Made by a program: the position numbers and the translations under genes. DNA of 64,000 bases. Origin: Vicugna vicugna. Its lineage: Eukaryota. The stretch is from contig MU058781.1 of the NCBI GenBank assembly GCA_013265495.1, positions 1,344,963 to 1,408,962 of the forward strand. The letters run 5' to 3'. Of the stretch, positions 28,445 to 40,800 are shown piece after piece (position 1 is the first letter of the stretch; each line of letters opens with the position of its first letter). Below the pieces are notes generated by a model. That model was given only the letters and a program-made list of their open reading frames with translations. It was not told where the DNA came from and did no database searches.

Positions 28445-28612
28445 ATTACCTCCCCTCTCTCAGCCTTGGTCTCCCATTTGAAAAATAAAGATACCAACCA
28501 TAGCACTTATCTCCAAGGGTTGTTGAGAGTTTGGGTGAGGTGACGCCTATAAGGCGCCGAGCACAGAAACTAGCGAAAGATACGGGCTGAAAAAAATGAG
28601 AGTTATTAGTAT
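28445..28612 (+). mobile_element. MIR SINE
   Basis: ttacctcccctctctcagccttggtctcccatttgaaaaat...agcacttatctccaagggttgttgagag. Confidence 0.7.
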
Positions 28613-28839
28613 TGGCACTCATATTTCGATGACATGAAATATTAAGCATGTGTGCAAAGCCAAAATGACTTGATTTCAGCAGCTCTCAAAGGGAACAGGA
28701 AAATATTCAAATTGTCCTAAGTATTTACCAAAAAATAAATCTCTTTTTCCCCTTCAGAAAGAAAGCCAGAAGACAAAGCAGTTGCACTAAAGGAATATAA
28801 AACATCTTCCTTCAAAACATATCTTCTAAAATGTTGTGC

Positions 28840-29303
28840 ATATTATTCAGCCTTAAAAGAAGGAAATCTTGCCATTTGTGACAACATGGATGAACCTGGA
28901 GGATATTATGCTAAGTGAAATAAGCCAGGCACAGAAAGACAAATGCTGCATGAGCTCGCTTATGTGTGGAATCTAAAATAGCTGAAACCATAGGAGCAGA
29001 GCGTGGATGCTGGTTGCCAGGTGCTGGGGGGAAAGGGGACAGGAAGGAGGAAATCTTAGTTAAAAGGTACAAAGTTTAAATTATTGCAAGACGAATGAAT
29101 TCTAGAGACCTATTGCAGGGCTTACGTATTGCCACCAGAAAGGAAAATAAAAATGTAACTATGTAAGGTGATGGATGTGTTAATTAGCTTGAGTGTGGTT
29201 GTCATTTCACAACGTACAAATATCAAAATGTCAAGTTGTACACCTTAAGTCTGTACAATTCCTATTTGTCAATTATGTATCAATAAAGCTGAGGAGGAAA
29301 AAA
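28840..29303 (+). mobile_element. L1MA/MB-like 3' fragment
   Basis: gccatttgtgacaacatggatgaacctggaggatattatgctaagtgaaataagccag...tcaataaagctg. Confidence 0.9.
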
Positions 29304-29667
29304 TATTCTTTGTATAATGACTTTCACCAGTTGACCTCACATCTCTTCGCCAAAACTCCATTTAATAAGGAGAAATCCACAGGTGGAAATGAAAATATTT
29401 TTCCAAAATTAGATAGAGGCCATTTGTCCAATGGTGTAAAACAATACGCCTACAAAAACATCCCGAATCAAAAGGGAAACTTCAGGAGAGCAGGGGGTTT
29501 TGTCTGTTTTATTTGTTTGCTGTGTCCCTGGAGCCAAGAACAGTTCCTGAACATAGAAGCATCAAAAAAAATTTGTTGAATATTGAAAATATTGAGGGCT
29601 TGAGCATCTCAGTCAGGTGTTAACAAGTAGATTGTCCACTGAGTTATTTACCTTTCTGTTTTGGGTT

Positions 29668-29790
29668 CAATCATTCACACATTCAGCGCACAACTATTAA
29701 GCACCTACTATGTGCCAAACACTGGGCTGGGTGCCGAGGCTAGAAATAGCAGAGTAACCTCATTTGCTCTAGGAGCTTACAGTCTGACGC
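29668..29790 (-). mobile_element. L2 3' end fragment (last clear repeat before the repeat-poor zone)
   Basis: tcattcacacattcagc...tattaagcacctactatgtgccaaacactgggctgg. Confidence 0.75.
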
Positions 29791-30049
29791 ATAATGAAGA
29801 AGGAAAAAGCAGTGATGTCCAGTAGGTGGTGGAAGACAATGAACTTGCCAGTCTCTCTTCCTCTTCTCCTGGGCATTTCCACTGGGCTCCTTTTTCTGCA
29901 CGAATTTGGAGGACTTTTGAGTCCGTAGCAAGCATCCTGTTGCAAAAGAAAAGAAACAGAGGGGCATTTCATTTTTATTTTCCCTCTGATCCACCAGCTT
30001 CTGCATCTCTACATCTTTGGCTGTGTCGTTGCTGTGGTGGTTACTCTGT

Positions 30050-32950
30050 AGTTACTGTTCCCGGCCAAACACCAGCGGCCAGCCCAGATCGGATATAATG
30101 GTGCTGCGCTGGACCGGGCCTCCAACCACATTAGCCATCGGCCGCATTGTTGCTGCCGCTGCTGTTATTTTAATTATGATTGTACGTTAACCACCACCTT
30201 CCTCTGCCTCCCTTCAGCGGCAATGATGTATGTTACTTTTTGGTAACTGGATTTCATTAACATTTATGAACTCTCATAAAGTAGTAGAAAAAGCAATTTG
30301 TGTGGAAGAATTTTCCACCTCATTAAACAGTGTTCTTTTGGGGGTCAAGCTGATATTTTTTTTTTGTTGGATTTTTTTATAGGTCCTTTGTCCTTCCCTG
30401 AGCCCTGGGGGATGAAAGGAGGGCGGCCGCACTCGGCGGGGCTGGTGAGGCCTGTAGAGGGCGCTAGACCGAGCGCGGGCTCCTCGCTTGCTTCCGCCAG
30501 GCTTTGCCCGTCGGCTTCTCGGATGCCCCAAGTCCCTGGTAGCGCTCCGGGTCGCTACGGCCTTGTCCCTCTTTGGCCAGGTCTGACTCCTCTGTCTCCT
30601 GCGCTATAGAGGAGCGCGACTGTGTCGCCTGGCAAAGGGGCGCGTGCAGCTGGTCGCCGGGCCTGAATGTGCTGATGCCTGGAGCCTACGAGGCGGCTCC
30701 GGCCTTTCTCTCGGGCGGGGATGCGCGGCCTCCCGGCGCCTGGTGAGGACCGTCGCCAGCTCGGCTCTCGCCCTTCGACGCGCCCCTTGGCACGAGTGCA
30801 CTGGCACCCCGTACCCAAGCCACTTCGCCTTTGAACGCAGCTCCAACCCCGGGAACACAGGCCTGGGAAAGTGGGAGGAGAGACTCCAGAGGGGCCCCGG
30901 CTTGGTCTTTTTAAAGCTCTTCCCGGTGTTTCGAGCTTAGGTGCATCTCCTGGCCACGGTCTCCGGGCCTAAAGACACTGCGTTTGTGTCCTCCCCGCCA
31001 GGACTGCATCGGAGCCGGCCTTGGTGCGCAGCGGGCTGCGGGCAATCGGGCACATCGTCTGGCCGCGGACGCCCCCGAGAGTCCGCACCCACCCTCCCGG
31101 CCTGGGCCCCGGGACCAACCAGCGGACGCGCTGGAGCCATGGAAGAGGGCCGGAGTGGGGGGGTGGGGAGCCGTACCCTAAAGAGGAGCCTCCTGCACGA
31201 TTGGGCCCAGGGAACTGGGGAATTTGGCAGCGATTGCAATGGGCCTTGGTTTGGGACGCGTTGGGTCCCAAGCTGGGCCCAATAACGCGCCTCCGGGCCC
31301 CTAGTAAGAGGTAAAAAGAACTCGGAGGCCTTGATGCTTGGGGGAATAAAGCGGAAACTCGAAGACGCCACGGCTTGAGTAACGCAGTAATTTAGGAGCC
31401 AGGTGACAGGTGCTGGGGGATATGAACATGTGAGGACGGCCTTTCTCTATTTTAAATGTCAAAATATAAAGCAATAGTCCAAATGCAAGAATCGGTGCCT
31501 ACCTTGATTAAAAAACAACACTCGGCTCACCAAGAAACGGGTTATTGTGTACGCGTGACATGTTTCTCTGCTAGACAGCTTCCAAATCAGATCTTAGGAA
31601 AGGAGGCCTCTAAGAGCCGGCAGCAGGTGGTGGGGGCAAGGGCAGGAGGCGCGCCTGCCGTCCAGCCTGGGAAGAGGTGGTCCGCACGGGTCAGTGTGGA
31701 CCCGGTCCCGGAGATTTTCCGATTTGCTGAGTCAGCTGCAGGCGCCGCGGGCTTGGCTGCTTCCAGCCCAGGCGACTGTGCTTCGCTGACTGGTGTGTCG
31801 ACTTGGTGGTGTAATTATTGTTTTGTTTTCTAATATGTAATTACTCTTTGTCGTCGCTGTTTTGAATCCTCCCAGCCTGGCTCGAGCAGCAAGATGGCTT
31901 CGAGTATGGGGTTAAGATTAGATGCGTGGGAAATACTGGTTCGTCCCCACGCAGAGGACACTGGGCCCACGCGTCTCCTCCCCGCAAGCCCAGCAAGGAG
32001 TGGGGGCCTGGGGTTCCCTGCCTGACCAGAGACCTCGAAGGCTGATCCCCGATGGCAGATGCCCTCTCTCTGAGCAGTAATTGCTGAGGATCTTTTTTTC
32101 CTTCTGGCGTATTTATAAAGAAGTGGAGGAGGGGAGAGAGAAAAGGAAGAGAGACTGGGGGAGACGAGCTGGAGAGTTGAGGACCGGAGAGAGGGTGAGG
32201 GGACTGACCTAGAGAGTAAAGAGACAAGGAGAGAGGAGATAAACGGAGATGCTTGCTTATTTTCAAATGTTTCCTTCTTAGACTTAAAATGAGATTCTGG
32301 AAAGTTCTCTCCATTTCGCACTTCTTTTATCACGCCCTGCTCTAGTAACCCCACCACCACCACCAGCGGCCGCGGGGTCGCAATACAACCTCCCCGAGCC
32401 CGTGCCTCCGGCTCAGAGCCAGGCCTGCACGGTCGGGTCCCCCCACCCGACGGGGCGACCTCTGGCGCGTCCCCGGTGGTGCTTCACTCGAAGGCTCTGA
32501 AAGTGCCAGAACAAAGAACCGACAATGACGCCAGTGCCTCCCTGGGCTCCGCGCGGAGTCCGACCCCAGGGCTGAGCTCGGCCCCCGAGGCCCCCGACCA
32601 CTTCGCGGACGGAAGCTCTCACCGCTGTGGGCCCCGCGGACCCGCCCGGCCCTGCCCTGCCCGCCGCCCTCAGAGGCCTGCTTGGCACCCGGAGCGCAGC
32701 CGTCAGCCTTGCAGAGAGGCCGAGAAGAGGGGTCCAGGCCAAGGAGAGCGATCTATTTTCTCTAAACATTTGCCGGAGAGCCGTCAGGTTAGCGCTGCCT
32801 CCTCGGCCGCCCAGAGAAGAATGTGTTAAAATTCTTTGCACGGAAGTCTCCCCAGACCCAAATATACCACACAGTGGCATTCGCGCCACCGACCGCCGGT
32901 CCCTAACCTCGGCCACCTTCTCCCGTTGAAATATGCACATCGCTCTTCAA
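30050..32950. promoter_or_regulatory. Orphan CpG island cluster downstream of TFAP2A
   Basis: CpG-dense blocks at ~30.4-31.4 kb, 31.6-32.1 kb and 32.36-32.95 kb. Confidence 0.78.
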
Positions 32951-34040
32951 TAATTTAGACACCTGGGAGACTGGACACGTATAATTTTCTTTCTAAACAC
33001 ACGAGCATCCGAGTTGCCATCAATCATGGTTTTGTTTTTTGTGAGATGGGCTTTGTGTGTTTAGCTGCCCGGCTCCATCCTATTTGCATGCAGCTATTTA
33101 ATGGGCATTTATTTTAGCTTTGAAGATCTGCTTAAAAATCTAAACCCAGAGAAGGGGGGAAGGGAACCCCCCTTGTGGTTCGGGTGGATTTGCCTCTGGG
33201 GCTCTTTCCTTTGAGGAGACGGGCCCTGCGGGTCTCGATTACAGATGAATTTTGATTCTGAGGTGGGACACGTAATGGAACGGAAAAGATACGTTCTTTT
33301 TCCTAAATCTCAGGGTTTCTTTCTAGCAAACAATGCTCCAGTCAGTATTTGTGTATGAGACAAGTAATTGTGCTCCAAATGCTTAAATAAATCATTGATG
33401 GGTGAAATTACACATGCTCACTTAAAGTGTAATGTGATTAAGAGATTATGAGATTGAAGCTAATATCTTGTCTCCCAGCTCCTGGCCCCAAATCTTGACA
33501 CCAGAAATTTGTCAACTGCAACTGTCCTGAAATTTACAGATACAATAGGTTTCTATTGACAATGAATCAAAGACCCCCTCTAAAAAATAAAAAAAAATGT
33601 CTGTGTGTGTCTCTATATTGTATGGGTCGTGATTTTATTAAAAAAGGACAGGAGAAGAGAAAAAGACTGAAATGATGGAGAGCGGGTGTTTGCTGGTTTT
33701 ATCTTTTATTTTTTAAAAGTAGAGGGTTGGGGGGCGAGGCGGGCGCTACGTCTGCGAGCTGATTACTCCTCGTCTGAAAGCGGCTCCATTTCCCACACGG
33801 TGGGTAAGTCCTTTATCGGGGGACGCCCCGGCCTCGCCCGCAGCCATCCTTGCCCGGAGGCGCGCGCTGGGCCGGAGCGCGGGAGCCGCTCGGCGACTCC
33901 GTAATGACCCGGGTTCGCCGCAGCTGCGCCCTGACCCTTTGTGATGGCGCCGATAGCGCTCGGATGAAATTATGTCCTTCTCCGGGTGTGAAATTACCAT
34001 GTTTATTAATTGAGCCAGACATTAGCTTTACCTTTTCTTT

Positions 34041-34313
34041 TTAAGCCGTGAAAATTTGTGATTCAGGGCAAATGATTCTCCGACAGACGCTGGGCTCCGC
34101 AGCTCCCCCCCACCCCCCACCCCGGCTCCCGCCCCCTCCCCTCGCGGCTCCCCTTCCCCCCCGTCCCGGGCAGTTCATTAAGCCGTGAAAATTTGTGATT
34201 CAGGGCAAATGATTCTCCGACAGACGCTGGGCTCCGCAGCTCCCCCCCACCCCCCACCCCGGCTCCCGCCCCCTCCCCTCGCGGCTCCCCTTCCCCCACG
34301 TCCCGGGCAGTTC
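34041..34313. repeat. Direct tandem duplication, 2 x 136 bp
   Basis: 34041-34176 and 34178-34313 differ at one base. Confidence 0.95.
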
Positions 34314-34375
34314 TGGAAAGCTTTCTAGGTTTCCACGCTGGAGAACCCAAGGAGAAAAGGCGAGCGGGCCTCTGA

Positions 34376-34414
34376 GTGTGCGCGCGCGCGCGTGTATGTG
34401 TGTGTGTGTGTGTG
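34376..34414. repeat. (CG)n(TG)n dinucleotide repeat
   Basis: gtgtgcgcgcgcgcgcgtgtatgtgtgtgtgtgtgtgt. Confidence 0.9.
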
Positions 34415-37400
34415 TCAGTGCGCACGCGGGGTTTCTCCTCAGGAAGTGTTATCAAACAATAATAACAACCCCGACTCTGAATTAAAGCCTTTCCCCCAGA
34501 ATTCTTGATCAGGAAAACCCAAATCGTTTTCAAGACAAAGAAGCATCAATCAGCGACAAGGACAGATTTAACGTATTAAATCTTTATTAAAGTGAAGTCA
34601 TTCTTATTGAAATGATGTATTGGGTGTGCAGAAAGATTGGATTTTTTTTTTAACGATGCTGAAGATGGAGATCGTGGCGGACAACGAACGCTGCGTCTTG
34701 TCCCTATTGTTCTGGGCTGGGCTTGTGTGGCTGGGGCCCTGTCCTAGCTCCCGCGCTGGAACCCCACCTTGGACCTCTTCCTCCTGCCAGTCCCCACTTT
34801 GATCTCCCGAAGAACCGGTATCCCTGGTCCCCTGTGGAAACTTGCCGGCTTGATTGGCGCGCTAGGGAAACTGAGGTCTCGAGGCCTGGTTGTCCCTAAG
34901 TTAGCGAAGTCAACGACTCCGGAGGCCTGGAGAGGAGAGGGAACGCCGTGGGTGGTGGTGGGGGGCGGGAGGGCGNNNNNNNNNNNNNNGGCGGGGAGGG
35001 TCTCCTGGTTTTCGGGAAAAAAACCCAGTTCTCTCTGCAGCCTAGAGGAAGCCCTTGCGCCCCAGGCCTGAGAGGGACAGGGAGCGTGTGTTTGCTCTCC
35101 GAGGGCTCTCGGGCCTTCTCCACGATCCTTCACTCCTCTAGGCAGGACCCGAGGCGGGAGCTGACCGCTATCCCGTCTGGAATGGGCCCTCAATTAAACT
35201 GGCCCTTCGGACCTCGGGTCCTGCCAACGGCGGGGAAACAGTGAGGAGACGAAGTTCCTCAAGGAGTCCTTCCCCACCCCCTGACCCCACTCCCCCGGGA
35301 CGGGCTACCCGGAGTTTTCTGCATTGCATCTTAAATGGCTCAAATTCTTATCTCCCCAGGAGAGGGGGGTGGGGAATCAAAAACCGTAGGCTGCTTCTCA
35401 GAATGGCAGCCACAACTTCAACAAGATGGATTTGTGTCTCCACCTTCAGACACACAGACATCCACACCGGCTGAAAATGAACTGTTGGAATCAATTTCCT
35501 TGGAATCCCCAACTTTTTTTAATCTATCATATTTCAGCAATGGGCTAAATGCTATAGTCCGTTGATTCAATTTAGTATTTGCATAACCAGGGGAAGCGAG
35601 GTGGCTTTGCAGACTCAATGAATAGGTCTCTTGTTTGGGGGGTGTGTGTGTGTGTTGTGGGGTTGGATTTTTAAATACATGCAGGGGAGAAGGCAATAGG
35701 AGGGCATTTGCAGAACTGCGTTGTGCCCCATCAGTCAGAAACAGACAAGTCGCTGCTGGGAGGGTGACAGACCATTGTTTCCTTGATCCTCATCTTCTCT
35801 TCTCACATCCACCCATAGACTCTTCTACATTCAAATATTCACTAACTGACTCGTTTCTTTCATTTGTTCCAGGTAGTCCTGCTTTTAAAGGGAAATTGCT
35901 TTGGTAAACTGTGGAAATCATTCTGTGCCAAGGAAAGACAGCAATGCTGTTTTGTACTCTGCACGTGAGAAAGGAACAAGCAGATTTTCAGGGCAGTCTT
36001 CAGAAGCAGAGCCAGTTTTAATAGAATCCCAAGCAGTGTACTAATTAAATATTTCACAGCTCTCAAAGTTAATGTGCTAACATTGGGAATCTTCTTCCAC
36101 CAACTCATACAAATTGGCCTTCTGGAACACCACCCCCCACCCACCCGGCAACCGCCTCCATACCCACCCACACACACACACTCCTTGCCACAAACTCCTA
36201 CCGACCTGTTTTCTGAATGGCATTACAAAGAATTTTGTTAAAGAAAAGTCAGACTAATTGCTGCCAGAAGACCCGTCTCTTAGAGAAGTCTGGTTTTCAT
36301 AAGCCAGATTCAGTAAGGGCTGTGGTTAACTCTTAGCCTAGTAGAAGGTTCTTAAGGTTTTCTCAGCAAAGGGGGAAATACAAAGAAACACTAAGTTCAG
36401 CCAAAATATTCAGTGGGGAGAGAGGGGGAAGGTGGGGCGGGAGGGAAATTCAAGAGGATTCTCTGAACTCTTGTTTCCTTCTTGCAGGAAATCTTCTTGT
36501 TTCCTTAAAAGAACTTTCTTCACACTCACTAACACCCATTGAGACAGTTTCCTAAGTGGTTCAGCTACGCACAGTCAGACCAGTGACTTGATTCTTTTGA
36601 TGTGTCACTAACTTCCAAGGGTTGGGAGTTATCCTAGAGGGGAGAGCAAGGGGTTTCCAACTACACAATTCTCTGAAGCACCTCCTCCCTGCTCCAGCCT
36701 TCCCCTCAGATCTCCCGATTGAATTAGTAGCAAAGACCCCTTCAGAAACAAGCAGGTGGGTTATCCCACTTCTAAGCCATGCCACTGAGGAGCACATGGC
36801 TCTTCTAGAGCCTGAAGGGGCAGTGCCAGTCCAGGCTCCCTGCCAGCACTCTCCCTGGTTTTCCTGAACCAAACCAGCAAGATGCTTCTCAGCCTTGTAA
36901 CAGAGTTAGGTAGCAGCGGTGTAGGTGGTATTTGGAGAGATCAGTATCTCTTTGAGTGTCTGAGAAAGAAAAACCCCTGTAAGAATGGTCTTATTATTAA
37001 AAGGCTGGTTTAACTTTAGATTTTCCTCATCAGAACTTTCCTCTACTCTGTTGTTTCTGAATCTTTCATAGGCGCAGCCCAAGGGGTGGTTAGAAACCCA
37101 CTGGAAGTCATCATCTCCTCCTAATGGGTCTCCCTCACCCCTCCTTGTTTGGATCCAGCTGCTAGGTCTCATGGTGTACGAGGAGAAATCCACCCAGTTT
37201 CTACCCTCTAAACTTAACGAGAATCTTCAAGAACATTTTGACTTGGAGAAAGAGCCTCAAGGTTAGAACTCATCACTTCCATGCTCGCTGACACTCCAAA
37301 AAAAGATTCCTTCCTTGGAACCCATTATCTTGGGTCCTTCTATCCAGCTGGCCATGGAGGGTGTGGTGAGAAATTGGAAGAATACACAACCACTGTGTTT

Positions 37401-39139
37401 ACTGAGCATGAGCTCCCCCACTCGAGGGTTTCCACAGTCCCTGCCATCTGGGTCTTTAGTATTCAGCTTCTTTCTCCTTCCCAAGATTACTGCTTCCTTC
37501 TAAATTCTCCATCCCACCTTACTGCAGGGATGAAAAGAGGCTTGGAAAAGGTCATGATGTTACTGTGTCTTTCCTTTCTTTTATAATTACAAAAAGGTCA
37601 TAATACAAGCAAATGAATAAAAACTTAAAAATCACTCTCCTTTTCCCTCTGAGGATCCTTATGTTTAAATGTTGAAAGATTTTAACCATTCTTTAGTGTT
37701 CGGTAATCATAGCAAAGTAGTTTCTAGTTCCCAAGATGTGAAGCTACTTAGCTAAGTAATGTGTCTCATTTTGCCAGTTTCCAGGATGAGTTGGGACAGT
37801 TTTCTCCCCAAAGTCCTATCACTTTCCATCCCACAGACTGAACACTTTAGGAGACTTTCAGGCATTACATTTCCAATCACCTATTAAAACTGTGGCCATG
37901 AAGGTCTGACTTAAACTCCCAGACTTTGGCATTCATAGCCAACTTGGCTCATCCACTTGGTTAATGGAGGAGACTTCAAGGATTTCATCCAACTTGGAAG
38001 CGGATCAAGGATACTGGGGTTGGCATCGTAGGGTCTGTGTGAGCAGGGATGAACTTAACACTTTCAAGCCCTTTCTAGTCTTCCTCAGCTTGGACGTGCG
38101 AGAAGGAGGGAGAGTCACCAAAAAGCCCCATGGAGTTTCATACCATAAAAGCCTGCTGTATTGTAAGGCTGGAGAACAAGTGGTCATTGCCTTTCTCCTC
38201 CTCCATCATCAGGAAATAAATTGTTGCTGAAAAAAAACCACCTAAGTCCCTGAAATCAGTCTCAATATGGGGTGATTTAGGATTTGAAGAAAACTGTTCA
38301 TTACTCTGACATTCTCATTTTACAAACAAGCAGCAAAGCTGTGTTCCTATAATAGAACTACAGTCTCTTCTGTTTGTGTGTATTTGCATAATAATTGCTA
38401 CACAAAGTCAAACCTGGTGCTTCGTCTTTTGCATTTGGCTTCATTATTTTTTTTCTACAGCATCAAAAAATATTTTTAAGCTCTGCTTCTAAGATCTTTC
38501 CTAGAGTTCATCTTTTCAGTCTGTCATTCTCCCTGTCTTTTTCTCCTAATCAATGAAAGCTTTTTCTTCTGAAGCTGGGAATCCAGTCAAACTATTAAAT
38601 GAGGAGAGTGTAAGACTTCCATATTTACCAAGAGGCTGTAATCATAAAGCAGAGATCTTCAGTTCAACTTTCATGTATGTCTGTCACTGGCAACAAAAGA
38701 GAGAGATTGGATACTACGTGGCACTTAGTGCTGGGGATTTTTTTGTCAGCGCTTTTCGAGAAAGAGACAACGAATAACATCCTTCAGTCATGGTCCTTCC
38801 CTCTTCTCTGCCCATTTCCCTGAGCTTGTTTCTACGTGTCTTTTTAACCCCTGGGACTGCCCAAACACTCCACAGAGGCACTCGATTTCTGTCATTTCAA
38901 AGAAAAAAATAACTGAGATGAAACACGTTTTCACTTTGAGGGTGACCTCTGACCTTTCCTTTCCACTACACCTGGCACCAAGGGCTTTAAAAAAGACCTG
39001 TTTGGGTCTAGGATGCTGATGTTGCTTTTTGTGCTGTTGTTCTTGTCTCTCTCTCCCCTTCTCTCTCTCTCTCTGCCTCTCTCTCTCTCCCTCCTCTCTT
39101 TCTCTTTGCCTTTGCAGAGACTAAACTCAATGAAAAGTT

Positions 39140-40800
39140 GTCGCAATAATCCCAGCTCCCTGCTCCGCCAGGGCGGAGGGAGGCGGGCGGCGCACGGAGG
39201 GTGTTTTGTTAAATGCTCCGGTCGTTCGCAGGGGCTGGGACTTGATATAAGGAGACAGTTTTCTGAAAAGATTTGATTGAAATGGCGTGTGCCAGGGCTG
39301 ATGGGAGCCAGCGAGGGACAAAGCGCCGCGAAGCCATGGACACTCGAGCAATTATGCCTCCACGCTGAAGGTGGATTAGCGCGCTGGAAAGAAGCATATG
39401 TTTGGCCCGGGGCGACACTTCCCCCCGGCTGAGCTTAGAGAATGGGAGCGCGGAGAGCGGCTGGACTCGGAATATCAACTATCTGCGGAGCCCCCCTTCC
39501 CAGCCCAGCCCAGCCAGTCTCCCCTCCCCCGCCCCCGCCCCCAAAGTCAGAGCTCATTTTTACAAAGAGAGGAGGGGGGAGGGGGAGGGGGAGGGGAGGA
39601 GGAGGGAGGAAGGGAGGGAGGCAAGTCACAGGGCATTTTTACAAAGAGAGGAGGGGGGAGGGGGAGGGGGAGGGGAGGAGGAGGGAGGAAGGGAGGGAGG
39701 CAGAGGGGAAGCCCAGAGGTGCAAATGGGCCTGGGATTGGCGAGGATCACCACCCAAGGCTTTCATCTCAGGTCACCCTAATGGAAGATCCAAGTTGGGT
39801 GTGGCGACCCAGAGCGCGGTCACATAAATGGTCCTCCATAGACTCTCTCACTGCTAACGTAGTTGGGTCCGGGGTGTTAGCTCAAATGGGTGTTAGAAGG
39901 TCAACAGAATTGTAGCAATAGAACAAGGTCTTAATGAGTTTGTAAAGAATCAAGTGGCCGAGGGTCAAGGTGCTGCTGTGGGCAGGCCGCGCTGGGCGGA
40001 CGGCGCGGGTCCAGGCCGCGTCTTGGGTCTCAGCGAAGGGAAGCGTAGGGAGTGGTGTCGGACAGTTAAGATATTCGGTGAGGTGGGTTGAGAGTGACGA
40101 GCTCGGAGAGGCCTGGTGGGAGAGAAAGGGTGTGTGCGGGTGCCGGGAGCCCAAGCCCCACGCAGTGCTATCTGCTTAGAGACCCGAGTCAGGGATGCTG
40201 AAACTCTGCGCTGCCTTGGGAGTCTTGGAGCCAGAAAGTTTCCCAGATCCCTCCTCCAGTTATTAATTAAAGCGCCATTCCCGTGAAAAGGGCCCTGAAA
40301 ATTCTGACCTGGAGCCTCCCAGCTCTCGCTCGAGGCACCAGCGAGCGAGCAAAGGGAGGCAGGCAAGTCCCAAACCTCTATCTCAGGGTTTTATTGCGGC
40401 TTAATTGGGTCTAACCCGGACGAGCTCCCGGTGGCCACCGCCCAGGCCGCTCACACTCCCTCCTGGCCTCCTGCAACCCCTACTCCCGCCTCTGTCCAAC
40501 CCCAGGCTGGGCTCGAACCTCCTGGCCCTCATCCCACCTCCACCGCCTCACCTCCCACCTTCTACTCCAGACCATCAAAATCAAGTTGCGAATTGCTTCT
40601 AGTCCAAAGGGGCGTGCGCCGGGATTTTTTCGGGGAATTGAGCTAGGACGGCTCCCGGGCGGGCACCCAGCGGGTAAGGACCGCGCCATCTCCTCCCGGG
40701 CCGGGTCCTGGCGCCCAGAGCTGAGATCGGGCGCGGGGGGCCCGACTCCATGCTGTGGACAAAGGCGCAGCCCAGACCTGGGGGCTCCAAAAAAGACTGG
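39140..40800. promoter_or_regulatory. Orphan CpG island downstream of TFAP2A
   Basis: CpG-dense, GC boxes (ccccgcccccgccccc at ~39526), no recognisable protein. Confidence 0.75.
39544..39702. repeat. Direct tandem duplication, period 79 bp, G-rich
   Basis: 39555-39623 is identical to 39634-39702. Confidence 0.93.

Larger units (their letters stand above)
33730..35330. promoter_or_regulatory. Orphan CpG island downstream of TFAP2A
   Basis: CpG-dense, repeat-free, no recognisable protein. Confidence 0.7.

Noticed and set aside
30274..32940. Many overlapping ORFs suggesting a second gene
   Set aside because: Overlap in all frames and both strands, no recognisable protein or coherent exon chain; expected in GC-rich DNA.
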